Shown: one piece after another, positions 54,952 to 64,000 of the stretch
Position numbering within the stretch: position 1 is the stretch's first letter
How the letters are laid out: each line of letters begins with the position of its first letter
DNA from: an uncultured Candidatus Peribacteria bacterium
GTDB taxonomy: Bacteria; Patescibacteriota; Gracilibacteria; UBA1369
Length of the DNA stretch: 64,000 nucleotides
Reading direction: 5' to 3'
Assembly: GCA_964624115.1 (NCBI GenBank)
Contig: CAZUXI010000001.1
Coordinates: 35,548 to 99,547, forward strand
Notes under the pieces: generated by a model
What the model saw: only the letters and a program-made list of their open reading frames with translations
Told to the model about the DNA's origin: nothing
Database searches by the model: none
Translations under genes and position numbers: made by a program

Positions 54952-55113
54952 AATTTCACGAAAGGAAAACGGGGTTTTCCTCTCGTGGGCTCTCCTTTCC
55001 TGTAGAGTCAAAAACCAACTTTTCCTGCGCTTAACTTCGCATTTTTCTTTTTTGGGACCCACAAGACCCTAAAAAGTAAAATACTACGTGCGCTCCGGAA
55101 AAGTTGATTTTTG
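54952..55113 (+). repeat. Repeat element copy B
   Basis: It reads NFTKGKRGFPLVGSPFL* with no start codon. The hairpin is aggaaaac/gttttcct. The outer stem is 55010-55025 paired with 55097-55112 (15/16). The core is nearly identical to copy A. It ends about 25 nt from the terminator of GC cassette 3. Confidence 0.8.
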
Positions 55114-55138
55114 CTGTGATTTTTTTTGGGGGCATTGG

Positions 55139-55176
55139 AAAAGAGCCCTCGACGTCGGATGACGGAGGGCTCTTGG
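55139..55176 (-). terminator. Hairpin terminator of the cassette-3 gene
   Basis: aagagccctc (55141-50) pairs perfectly with gagggctctt (55165-74). On the minus strand it is followed by a short T-run. Confidence 0.5.
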
Positions 55177-55369
55177 GGATGGACCGCAGGGACGCGCCTC
55201 GAGCCGTTGCCTTGGGAGGCTTGGGCGAGAGCGTTGCGATACGCGGGTGAGGCGCGTTTACCTGAAGGTCCATGGTGTGCCCGGGCAGAGTTTCAAATGT
55301 CTCTGCTCGGGCGTGAATCACGGTGAGCTCCCCAGCTCAGCGTGAGTGGCTCGATCGAGTTCTAAACTT

Positions 55370-56224
55370 CTAGAACTCGATCCCGTTCGGGCCAACCTTT
55401 TTCGGGTTGGCGAACGGCCAGCTTGGGGGGTTGAACGCCGGCTGGGAGGAGGCGGAGCCCGAGGAGGCTCCGCCGGGCCACGTGGGCGCCACCACGATGG
55501 TGACGTTGGTGGGGGGCTGGCCAGGCGCCCCGGGGATTGTCGTGGTGGTCGGGGCGGTGGGGATCCAACCTGGGGGGGTGGGGGCGGAGGGGGTCCAGCC
55601 GGGGGGGAGCGGAGGAATGGGCGGGATAGCGCTGGGGAAGCCGGGGGGCGGGTTCGGGGGCTGGGGCACCGGAACCCAGCCAGGGGGGAGAGGGGGCGGC
55701 GGGACCTGAGTGGGAGGGGCGGTCGGAGGGGGCGGGGCGGTCTGGGTTGAGGTCGGAGCGGGAGGTGAGGCGGGGGTGGATGACGTTGCGGTTGGCGGGG
55801 CGGGGTTGCCGTTGGACGAGCAACCCTTGTACAAAAGGCCTGCGCCGATGATAGCCGCGAGAACTCCGCCAGTGATGGCCCACGTTTGCCACTTCTTGTA
55901 CCAAGGGGTGGCGGCCGGAGCCGGTACGGGGACGATCGGAGGGACGAACCCGGGGGCGCCGGGGGCAGCCCACGCGGCCAACATGGCGCCGTTGTTGAAG
56001 GTGGCCAGAGGGCCAGCGAGCGCGGTTGCCATGGGGCTGCCAGCCGGAGCGGCGGCGACCATGGCGGCGTGGAGGTTGTTGAGTTGCGTCTGATCGGGGT
56101 TACCACCAACCCCGAAGAGGGTATCGAACTGTGTCCCGGCGGCGGTGGTATCCGCCGGGTTGAGCACGCCCACGCCATTCGGCGGGGCGGCTACGCTCCA
56201 GATGAACTGCTGTCGAGTTGCCAT
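55370..56224 (-). CDS. Orphan single-pass membrane protein with a PPGW-repeat polyproline C-terminal region, carried on GC-rich cassette 3
   Basis: AAGGAG lies 8 nt before ATG 56224 (MATRQQFIW...). The TM is WAITGGVLAAIIGAGLLY, followed by LPPGWVP...LPPGWTP...PPGWIP. Codons are G/C-ending. The alternative frames are Arg/Pro junk. Confidence 0.6.
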   Translation of the reverse strand: MATRQQFIWSVAAPPNGVGVLNPADTTAAGTQFDTLFGVGGNPDQTQLNNLHAAMVAAAPAGSPMATALAGPLATFNNGAMLAAWAAPGAPGFVPPIVPVPAPAATPWYKKWQTWAITGGVLAAIIGAGLLYKGCSSNGNPAPPTATSSTPASPPAPTSTQTAPPPPTAPPTQVPPPPLPPGWVPVPQPPNPPPGFPSAIPPIPPLPPGWTPSAPTPPGWIPTAPTTTTIPGAPGQPPTNVTIVVAPTWPGGASSGSASSQPAFNPPSWPFANPKKVGPNGIEF

Positions 56225-56522
56225 GGTGGCAACTCCTTTCTGGCGCACACAGGCGCCGGTGAAATCTCCCCCGCCTTGGCTCGGGAGAGCAAACGGGGGA
56301 GGGTTAAGGTTTCAGGTAAACGTGCCAAGGAGGAAAAATCTTTTTAAGCAAGATCTCTTTTCCTTGGCGCGTTTCGGTTGGATTGTCAAAGGGCGTCGAT
56401 ATCTTTTCTTTATGGTTGGGGAGGAATTTTCGTTATCTCTTCAAAACAGAAGAGTAGATTTATCATGAATTTGGTATTTTGTCAACTGTTCAGTGGGTAG
56501 TCAATTGGTTCGGGTGGCTTGT

Positions 56523-59500
56523 TTAGGCTGCTAAGGTGCTCATTTCATTTTGAATGGCTTGGAGGTTTCTTGTTACGATCTGTTGGTAATTCTGTGTAAA
56601 ATTGGAAGGTCCCCATGGGGTGCTACCGCTACCACCGCTCGCTCCGGTTTGGTTCTGCCAAGCTCTTTGCCATAAATTGACGATTCCATTGAGGGCTTGG
56701 GCTACTGTTTTTTGTTCGGTCGGATCGGTGATTTTTTTTGGGTCGTGGTTCATGAAGAAACTGAGGTCGTCGAGGCGGAGTTCTGAATTTTCTTGAGGGT
56801 TTGCGAGGATTGCGGTGAGGGTGTTGTAGGTTTGGGTGAGTTGTGGGTATTTATCCTGAATTGTGATGCCGTCTTTGGCTTCCTGGATTTGGGCTGGATT
56901 GGCCTGTATTTGATTGAGAAGATGAACGGTGTAACGGGCATCGATGCCGATTTTGGCTCGATTGGTGGCTTCTTGGGCGAGTTCGGTTTGGAGTACTTTT
57001 GCTTCCGCTAAGAGTTGGCGGAAGGTTTTGTGGGAATTGTAGAAAGCGAGCTCTTCTGAACTTGGATCGAAGTTGTTTTTTGCCATGGTGAGGCCGAGTT
57101 TGGTGAGTTCGAGCGCTGGGCTGCTTGCTGGTGTTGCTTCAAGGATTGCCAGAGAGTTCCTGGCAAGGGTGAGGTGGTCAAGGCGGCGGCTTTTTTTTGC
57201 CTGCTCCATGGTTTGGTAAAGATTTGTTGCGGCGACGATTCGCTGGTTGCGGAGATCGAATGCAGTGAGGGCGGCGGCTTCAAAGGTGGTGTGTTTTCCG
57301 TTTTGTTCGTTGATTTCTGTGGTGATCAGGGATGGGAGTTTTATGAGACTCATGATGGTTTCGCAGGCTTGTTGATCTACGGCCATAAGATCGTTAAGGA
57401 TTTGATTTGCTTCCTGCTCATATTTTTGGGTATCTTCCAACATTAGACCGGTATTTCTCCAATGGTCGGCGGTTTGGGCACTGAGGCAGAGCAACCAGGC
57501 ACGGCGGATTTTTTGTTTTTCCGGGTGGGACGCAAAAGCTGGAATGAGGTCGTCGGGGAAAATGAACCCTGATGATTTGCTTAATGGCTCAATGATATCG
57601 GTGAAGGTATCGATGGGTTCGAGGTTCAAATCTTTGGTTGAGACCTCATTTACTTGTTTTACGATGTGTCCAACTGAACCTTTCCAATGTTTGAGAAGCT
57701 GAGCAACTCCCTTGCTGAGCGGTGCATTGGGCGACCAGAGACTGATGGTGCGGAGCTTGCCGGTGACACTCGCCGTGAGCCAGCGTTTGATACCTAAGTT
57801 TTCGTGTTTTTCAAGGGCATCACGGAGTCTTTTTTCTTCTATTTCCAACGGTGTGGGACCAGCGGGTTGTGGTGGGATGGATTGGTTTACCGGTGCTACT
57901 TGAGGTGATTGGGGAGCAGGGTTTGGGGCTGGTTGAAGTGTTGGAGTTGGTTGAGGGGCGGATGGAGCGGGAGAAGAGGGGACTCGGGCTGGTTGGGGTG
58001 CTGGAGCTGGGGTTGGAGTTTGTGCAGATGCGACTGGAGCAGGGGGAGTGACGGGAGGGAGTGATTGCAGGACAGGGGGAGTTGAAGGAGCTGGTGGGGT
58101 AGGCTGTGTTGAAATAGCTGGGGGATGGGCTGGAGTTGGCGGCACTGGAGGCAGTGGAGGTGTGGCAGAAGTGGCTGCAGGATGTGCAGAGGGAGCCAGT
58201 TGGAATGGTTGGTTTGGTGGGGCAAATTGAACTGTGGTTGTTGTGCCTGAGGACGCTCCGTCATTTGGCGGAGGTGGCATGGTAAGTGGACCTGGCATTG
58301 GACCGTTTGAGGGTACTGTTGGAGCTGGGGCGTTTATTTGGGCTGGTGCTGCTGATGTTGGTCCGGGGATGACTGAGGGTGATGGAAGAAAAGGTGCAGG
58401 ATGATTTGTTTTTGGGAAACCGTGTTCGAGGTATTCGGTTAAACGGCCGAGGTTTTTTGCGATTTTATTGAACGCTTCAAGACGAAGGTAGTTCGCAGGC
58501 TCTGAAAAGCCACCGTTCGCTTTTATCTCACGTTCGAGGAGTTCGGATTTGGCTTTCAGTATGACAACGAGTGCTTCGGTGAGTTTTATTTGCTCAGCTA
58601 CTGATGGCACACTTATTTGGAGTGGATCGTAGGTAGAGTTTTCCAGGATGCTGAGGTCGGTCAGATCGTCTTTTCCTTCTAAAATGGCAATGTAGGTTTG
58701 ATCAATGAGTGGGTATTTTTGATAGAGTTTTGCTCCTTGATCTATTCCTCCCTGAAGCTGTTTTGAACTGGTTCCAAACTGGCTAAAGTTGAATGGTCGA
58801 TCAAACGAGCCCTCAGAAAAGGGTTGATCTGCACATATTTCGTGGATAAGGTCGTTGGTTTGGACGGGGGCAAAACCTTGATGGGCAAGATTTGTAGCTT
58901 CTGCACCGTATTTCATTATGAAGAGGTAGAGCTGATTAAGCATTTCTTCACGTGACATAAATTTCCATTCTTCCAAACTCTTAAAAGGGAACGGTTCGGG
59001 ATTTTCCTGGGCTTTCCCGGCACAACTGAGATGCTGTGCAATATTGAGCGCTGCTTCAAAAGCTTTTGGTGAGGTTTCAAGAAGTTCGAGATAGATGTTG
59101 ACTACTCTTTGAAAAGTTGCGAGGGGGTTGGTTTGGAGGTGTTGCTTATTGGCTTCTGTCAATTGTTGATAGAGGTTGTTGGCATTGATGATATTTTCCA
59201 GAATGGTGTTATTTACTTTTGACTCAACATCCGGTCTTTTGTGAAATCTTTCACGTTCCTGGGTTGCATCTGGAAGGGTTCCTTGTGCTTGCTGCATTAA
59301 AGCATCAAGTTTTTCTTTTTTAGCCTGCGTTTTATCTTCGATTTCTGCCTCACAAAGATTATCTATTTCGAGCCGACTATTGTTTTTGTAGTCGCCGCGT
59401 GTTTCTCTGAGAACGTATTCACATCTTATGAGCTGTGTTTCCTGAAGTATTGCCGTCTGAAGCGCGGCAATTTCCGGATGTTGTTTTTTCATCTCTTCAT

Positions 59501-60182
59501 CTGCAATCGTTTGGGCAATGGCATCGATGGTTTGTTCAAAATATCTTGGCAAACGGGCACTGAGGTCGATTTCGTTAAGGTAGGCCTGTGCTCTTTCTTG
59601 GTCGGTACTATTGGATAAAAGTGAGGAATGGAGTGCGTTGAGGGCAGCGGTAATTTGCTGAAGGGTTTGATCAAAGACCTGATTTCCAGCTTCTGATATT
59701 TCTGCACCGTAGAGACTGTAAAAATAAAAGAGTTCGTTTTCGGCGTGGGTAAGTTTTTGAAAGAGTCCTTGTCGTTCCTGAACTGACAAAGTGGGAGGAT
59801 TTCCGCTTTCTACTTCAGCCACTACCAGGGCGGCTTTTTGGAGATGAGGTGCTAAAAATTCTACCCCAAAGCTGTTGAGGTATTTTTGTTCTGCTTCTGG
59901 TGTGCCATTTTTTTGATGGATTTTTTTCAGTTCTGCGTTCGTTTTTTTTGCTTTCTCCAACCATTTTCTCATTTTTTCGTGGTACTTGTTGGAAAGTTTT
60001 TTTGAGTATTTACGATGATGAACGTAATTCGCAAAAGCTTCCGCGCGATTATGAAACGCAAGTTCGAGCTGCTTTTTCAACTCAATTATTTCCGTTACTT
60101 CAGGTGATTTTGTTGAATCAGGACCGGTTGCTTTGTCTTGATCATCTGGTCCCGTTGGTCCAGGAGGGGGGGTTGATGGCAT
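56523..60182 (-). CDS. Giant helical ORFan (1219 aa) with a central polyproline region of about 170 aa
   Basis: Uninterrupted ORF with an ATG start and native C/A-ending codon usage. It has no TM or signal peptide. The central part reads PAPFLPSPSVIPGP...PPLPPVPPTPAHPP...QSIPPQPAGPTP. Confidence 0.6.
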   Translation of the reverse strand: MPSTPPPGPTGPDDQDKATGPDSTKSPEVTEIIELKKQLELAFHNRAEAFANYVHHRKYSKKLSNKYHEKMRKWLEKAKKTNAELKKIHQKNGTPEAEQKYLNSFGVEFLAPHLQKAALVVAEVESGNPPTLSVQERQGLFQKLTHAENELFYFYSLYGAEISEAGNQVFDQTLQQITAALNALHSSLLSNSTDQERAQAYLNEIDLSARLPRYFEQTIDAIAQTIADEEMKKQHPEIAALQTAILQETQLIRCEYVLRETRGDYKNNSRLEIDNLCEAEIEDKTQAKKEKLDALMQQAQGTLPDATQERERFHKRPDVESKVNNTILENIINANNLYQQLTEANKQHLQTNPLATFQRVVNIYLELLETSPKAFEAALNIAQHLSCAGKAQENPEPFPFKSLEEWKFMSREEMLNQLYLFIMKYGAEATNLAHQGFAPVQTNDLIHEICADQPFSEGSFDRPFNFSQFGTSSKQLQGGIDQGAKLYQKYPLIDQTYIAILEGKDDLTDLSILENSTYDPLQISVPSVAEQIKLTEALVVILKAKSELLEREIKANGGFSEPANYLRLEAFNKIAKNLGRLTEYLEHGFPKTNHPAPFLPSPSVIPGPTSAAPAQINAPAPTVPSNGPMPGPLTMPPPPNDGASSGTTTTVQFAPPNQPFQLAPSAHPAATSATPPLPPVPPTPAHPPAISTQPTPPAPSTPPVLQSLPPVTPPAPVASAQTPTPAPAPQPARVPSSPAPSAPQPTPTLQPAPNPAPQSPQVAPVNQSIPPQPAGPTPLEIEEKRLRDALEKHENLGIKRWLTASVTGKLRTISLWSPNAPLSKGVAQLLKHWKGSVGHIVKQVNEVSTKDLNLEPIDTFTDIIEPLSKSSGFIFPDDLIPAFASHPEKQKIRRAWLLCLSAQTADHWRNTGLMLEDTQKYEQEANQILNDLMAVDQQACETIMSLIKLPSLITTEINEQNGKHTTFEAAALTAFDLRNQRIVAATNLYQTMEQAKKSRRLDHLTLARNSLAILEATPASSPALELTKLGLTMAKNNFDPSSEELAFYNSHKTFRQLLAEAKVLQTELAQEATNRAKIGIDARYTVHLLNQIQANPAQIQEAKDGITIQDKYPQLTQTYNTLTAILANPQENSELRLDDLSFFMNHDPKKITDPTEQKTVAQALNGIVNLWQRAWQNQTGASGGSGSTPWGPSNFTQNYQQIVTRNLQAIQNEMSTLAA

Positions 60183-60314
60183 GACGATAAGATTTATTGG
60201 AAATATTCTTGCTTCCTAAGGGCGAAATCATAACATTTATTTATTTTTTGTCAATAAATTGAGTTGTGTGGTATAGTAGGGCCGGAAAATTTAAAATTTT
60301 AAAACAAAATCGAA

Positions 60315-62309
60315 ATGAAAGGTATTTTTTTCCGGCGTCGGGACAAGAAAGATGAGAATCAATCAGCTCAAAACCAACCTGTTTCAGACCAACAAGTTTC
60401 GCCAACAAGTCGTCAAAATTCAGCTCCCAGTTCAGCTCCTCAAGGGGCAGCCACACCGCCAGGTGCCACTTTGGCGGCTAGCGGCACCGTTTTGGCCGGA
60501 GCAGCTCCTGGGACAGCATCGAGCGCTTTTCGCGGTGGTCCTTCCCGAGGTGGAAAAGCACCTTTTAAACCTCGGTTCAATAAACCAATTCACAAACCTC
60601 AAGGTCAAAAAGGTGGATTTTTTGGTTTCAAACCTGGTTTTTCTGGTAAATTACGGATTATTGCCTTGGGAGGTCTCGATGAAGTGGGGAAAAACTGTAT
60701 GGTTTTGGAATATGGGCGCGATATTATCCTGATTGATTTAGGTTATGAGTTTCCTGACGATCATTTATTGGGGGTTGATTATGTAATTCCTGATATTTCT
60801 TACTTAGCTGACAAGCTGGATCGAATTCGAGGTATTGTTTTTACTCATGGTCATTTGGATCATATTGGTGCGGTTTCTCACTTAATGCAGAAACTCAATT
60901 TCCCTGTGCTTTATGGAACAAAACTCACGATGGCACTTGTGGAAAAGCAATTAACCGAATTTGGTCTTACAACTCGAACAACGATTAAGACGGTGACTGA
61001 AAACGATATTCTGCAGTTGGGGGCGTTCCAGGTGAGTTTCTTTTCCGTGAACCATAGTATTCCTGATGCGGTTGGTGTGGTGGTAAAAACTCCCGCCGGA
61101 AATATTGTTCACACGGGCGATTTTAAGTTTGATTTTACTCCTTCAGGTAGTCAAAAACCTGCAGATTTTGCACGTATTGCGAGCCTGAGCAAAGAGAACA
61201 TTGCGGCATTGTTTATTGATTCAACCAACGCGTTAAAAGCCGGGTACACCATCACTGAAAAGAAAATTGGGGATTCGTTGGAATCTATTATTCGCAATAA
61301 CGAAGGCCGCATTTTGATTGCTTCGTTTTCTTCTCAAATTGGTCGTATGCAGCAGATTTTTGATGCGGCAAAAAAATATGGAAGAACCGTGTATTTAAGT
61401 GGACGCAGTTTGGTTGATAATGTGGCTTTGTCGATTAAGCTTGGTTATATCAAGGTCCCTCAAGGTCTTGTTCATGATATTCGACGAACTAAAAAACTTC
61501 CGGAACAGAAAGTCATTATTCTCACGACTGGTAGTCAGGGAGAAGAGGTCTCAGCTTTGAGTCGAATCTCTTTAGAAGATCATCCGGTCGTGAAGATTAA
61601 AAAGGGTGATACGGTGGTGCTTTCTTCTTCACCAATTCCAGGAAATGAAAAAGCGGTTACCGCGGTTACGAATAATCTTTGCCGTCTGGGTGCACGCATT
61701 ATCAATAACCAAATTATGGATGTGCATACTTCTGGTCATGCACAACAGGAAGATTTAAAACTGATGATGAGTCTGGTAAAAGCGAAATATGTGGTTCCGG
61801 TTCATGGTGAGTACTACATGCGTTTTGGGAATAAAGAGGTGGCGATGAATATTGGCTATGATGATAAACACACCGTTCTGATTGAAAATGGAGATGTTTT
61901 GGAAATTGAAAATGGTGAAGTTTCATACAAAGGTGAAAAGGTTTCGACCAATTATATTCTTGTGGATGGCTTGGGATATGGGGATGTTGGTGCGCAGGTT
62001 ATTTTGGATCGACAAACACTGGCTGAGAATGGAATGCTCATTGTAACAATTCCGGTGGATACCCATAGTCGTAAACTTAAGGGTGATATTGATGTGATTT
62101 CTCGTGGATTTATTTATATGAATGAGACCGCAGAGATTACCCAACATGTGGTTGAAGTGGCTTCCAAGGCCTATAAAAATATTTTGGAAAAACGTCCGGA
62201 TGCAAGTCGTGCGGATATTAAAAAGTATCTTCGGGATCAGATTGAACGATTTGTTATTCAGAAGATTGATCGGCAACCTTTGGTGTTACCGATTATTGTT
62301 GAGAAATAA
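60315..62309 (+). CDS. rnj: Ribonuclease J with a disordered N-terminal extension of about 110 aa
   Basis: MBL motif THGHLDHIG, a beta-CASP domain, HTSGHAQQEDL, and a C-terminal domain. The N-terminus is rich in Q/S/P/G/K. Confidence 0.85.
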   Translation: MKGIFFRRRDKKDENQSAQNQPVSDQQVSPTSRQNSAPSSAPQGAATPPGATLAASGTVLAGAAPGTASSAFRGGPSRGGKAPFKPRFNKPIHKPQGQKGGFFGFKPGFSGKLRIIALGGLDEVGKNCMVLEYGRDIILIDLGYEFPDDHLLGVDYVIPDISYLADKLDRIRGIVFTHGHLDHIGAVSHLMQKLNFPVLYGTKLTMALVEKQLTEFGLTTRTTIKTVTENDILQLGAFQVSFFSVNHSIPDAVGVVVKTPAGNIVHTGDFKFDFTPSGSQKPADFARIASLSKENIAALFIDSTNALKAGYTITEKKIGDSLESIIRNNEGRILIASFSSQIGRMQQIFDAAKKYGRTVYLSGRSLVDNVALSIKLGYIKVPQGLVHDIRRTKKLPEQKVIILTTGSQGEEVSALSRISLEDHPVVKIKKGDTVVLSSSPIPGNEKAVTAVTNNLCRLGARIINNQIMDVHTSGHAQQEDLKLMMSLVKAKYVVPVHGEYYMRFGNKEVAMNIGYDDKHTVLIENGDVLEIENGEVSYKGEKVSTNYILVDGLGYGDVGAQVILDRQTLAENGMLIVTIPVDTHSRKLKGDIDVISRGFIYMNETAEITQHVVEVASKAYKNILEKRPDASRADIKKYLRDQIERFVIQKIDRQPLVLPIIVEK

Positions 62310-62358
62310 ATTCTAAGTACTCAACTTCAAATTCTCAATTAAATTTTAATTCTTTTTT
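62308..62358 (+). promoter_or_regulatory. G-poor AATTCT leader between rnj and the flippase gene
   Basis: (T)AAATTCTAAGTACTCAACTTCAAATTCTCAATTAAATTTTAATTCTTTTTT-GTG. It starts on the rnj stop codon. Confidence 0.45.
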
Positions 62359-63894
62359 GTGTCCACGGTAGCGCGTAAAATTTTGTTTAATACGGTTGCT
62401 CAGGTGATTGGTCGTGGGTTTACGGCGGTTTTTAGCGTAATCATCGTTAAGATTATTACGAACTATTTGGGTGTTGCGGGTTATGGCGATTACACGGCGA
62501 TTTACGAATTTATTTCATTTTTTGCAATTGCTTCTGACTTGGGACTTTATACGATTGCAGTGCGGGAAATGGCGAAAAATCCTGTAAAAACCCAAATGAT
62601 TGTTGGGAATGTACTGACGGTTCGAACCCTGGTTTCGGCGTTTACGATGTTTTTGGCGGTCGTCCTTTCTTTCTTTTATGCGAGTCCTGAAACCACTATC
62701 GTTTTTCCTTTAGCTGTCGCAATTACCGGCTTATCAACAATTTTTGCGCTTCAAACGGTGGCAGTTTCGACTGTTCTGCAAGTTAATTTGAAGATGCAAT
62801 ATAACTCGCTCGGATCGGTGTTTGGAAAAATATTGACCCTGGTCTCGATTGTTTCAGTTGTTTTTTTGATCCATCCAAGTACGCCAGAACAGGGATTTTA
62901 CCTCCTCTTGGTTGCGGGGATTGTGGGAAACTTGGGTATGCTTTTAATGACCTATGGTTTTGCTCGAAAATATACCAATATTCGTTTTCGGATTGATTGG
63001 GATTTCTTGAAAAATGTGGTTTGGAAAGCACTTCCTTACGGCTTGGCACTGGTGCTCAATGTGCTTTATTTCCGGATTGGCTCGATGCTGCTTTATCGGA
63101 TTGCTGGGCCGGAGCAGGCCGGTATTTATGGTGTACCAATGCGGATGCTTGAGGCCGTAGCAATTGTGCCGCAGTATTTTATGAATTCGGTTTTGCCCAT
63201 TCTGACCAGAACTCTGGAAGAGAAAAATAAAAGGTATCAGCAGATTATTCAGTATTCGTTTGATTTTTTGGTCATGACGGGGGTTTCTATTGCGGTTGGT
63301 ACTGCGGTACTCGCCTATCCAATTGTGGCGATTGTGAGTAGTCCAGAGTTTTTGAGCCGCGTGAATGAAGGTTTTTTTGGTTCTGATATGTCTTTGCAGA
63401 TTTTGATTTTCGCACTCGCGTTTTCGTTTATTAACACTTTGTTTGGGTTCACTTTGGTGGCCATCAATAAGCAGTCGAAGTTGTTAATTATTAATGGAAG
63501 CGGCGCGCTGATTGCTATTGTTCTCAATTTACTTTTGATTCCGCAATTTGGTTCACGGGGATCAGCGATGAGTTCAATTGTTGTTGAGTTTTTTATTGCA
63601 CTTGCCGCTTATTTGTATGCCAAAAAATATCTGGATTTTAAATTGAATTTTGTTCCGGCGTTGAAAATTTTGTTTTCTGGAGCAGTGATGGGAGCTGTCC
63701 TTTTAGCTCTACGCGATCCCCTCTTTCATTTTATGGGACTAGAGAATAAGAGTTTGATTTTATTGATTCCATTGGGGGCTTCAGTATTTATTGGATTACT
63801 GGTATTTACCAAAGTTATTACCAAAGATATGGTGCAGACGATTTTGAAGAGGAATAAGGTGGTTACTGAAGAGATTGAGCCACCGGTGGTATAA
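62359..63894 (+). CDS. Wzx/MOP-superfamily oligosaccharide flippase
   Basis: About 14 TM helices, with an N-terminal pattern (LFNTVAQVIGRGFTAVFSVIIVKIITNYLGVAGYGDY) typical of polysaccharide-biosynthesis flippases. GTG start. Confidence 0.7.
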   Translation: MSTVARKILFNTVAQVIGRGFTAVFSVIIVKIITNYLGVAGYGDYTAIYEFISFFAIASDLGLYTIAVREMAKNPVKTQMIVGNVLTVRTLVSAFTMFLAVVLSFFYASPETTIVFPLAVAITGLSTIFALQTVAVSTVLQVNLKMQYNSLGSVFGKILTLVSIVSVVFLIHPSTPEQGFYLLLVAGIVGNLGMLLMTYGFARKYTNIRFRIDWDFLKNVVWKALPYGLALVLNVLYFRIGSMLLYRIAGPEQAGIYGVPMRMLEAVAIVPQYFMNSVLPILTRTLEEKNKRYQQIIQYSFDFLVMTGVSIAVGTAVLAYPIVAIVSSPEFLSRVNEGFFGSDMSLQILIFALAFSFINTLFGFTLVAINKQSKLLIINGSGALIAIVLNLLLIPQFGSRGSAMSSIVVEFFIALAAYLYAKKYLDFKLNFVPALKILFSGAVMGAVLLALRDPLFHFMGLENKSLILLIPLGASVFIGLLVFTKVITKDMVQTILKRNKVVTEEIEPPVV

Positions 63895-63933
63895 ATTCTA
63901 AGCTTTCCAAGCATCAAACTTTCAAATAAATTC
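63893..63933 (+). repeat. Second copy of the 41-nt AAATTCTAAG...AAATTC leader; it starts on the flippase stop codon
   Basis: It is identical over 41 nt to 50984-51024 and presumably precedes the next gene, which starts beyond the readable region. Confidence 0.6.
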
Positions 63934-64000
63934 AAAATATTAAATCCTAATGTTTAAAGTTGGGGCAGTTTTTTATTTTTGTTTTTTCTAAAATCGAGGT

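Noticed and set aside
55318-56347. Alternative ORFs in cassette 3 (55318..56178 -, 55362..55973 -, 55346..55750 +, 55886..56347 + and others)
   Set aside because: The reasoning is the same. Their translations are Arg/Pro/Gly junk, with no ribosome-binding site and no hydrophobic organisation.

Overview
This is a 64-kb window of a low-GC bacterial chromosome that uses the standard genetic code; TGA, TAA and TAG all end well-supported genes. Gene style suggests an uncultivated Patescibacteria/CPR-like lineage, but that is inference only. The signs are many ORFans, a small TrbC/VirB2-type 'T4SS-pilin-like' protein, a ComEC reduced to its MBL domain, and housekeeping enzymes with extra domains.

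I support about 55 CDS and 5 tRNAs (Cys, Ser, Pro, Tyr, Thr), all five with an encoded CCA. I found no rRNA, CRISPR array, transposase, integrase or reverse transcriptase.

Housekeeping genes: ctp (partial), ymdB, argS, murA, murB, comM, yraN, dnaB, lysS, guaA, trmH-like, ybeY, an ABC exporter, rnj and a Wzx-like flippase.

Things worth a second look:
- **GC-rich cassettes.** Three short cassettes (about 9990-12010, 23100-23745 and 55126-56300) have foreign G/C-ending codon usage. Each carries one Pro-rich or acidic orphan gene with its own Shine-Dalgarno (SD) sequence and terminator hairpin.
- **Repeated intergenic element.** It occurs at 22773-22946 and 54952-55113, with a short copy at 28594-28674. 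All substitutions between the long copies are either codon-phase-3 or stem-compensatory. Two copies abut GC cassettes.
- **Giant helical ORFans.** Two genes (1122 and 1219 aa) have polyproline cores, and one sits next to a paralogous gene pair.
- **tRNA-bounded 3-gene module.** It contains a split radical-SAM-like protein.
- **Redox/sulfide island.** A tRNA-Pro to tRNA-Tyr island holds Firmicutes-like genes: pyruvate oxidase, nitroreductase/HxlR, and a CsoR/CstR-like regulator with rhodanese and persulfide dioxygenase.
- **Shared leader motif.** A G-poor AATTCT motif lies in front of murA, murB and the flippase.
- **Fused argS.** It carries an N-terminal B3/B4-like domain.

No GC percentages or identities were computed; compositional statements come from reading codons by eye.
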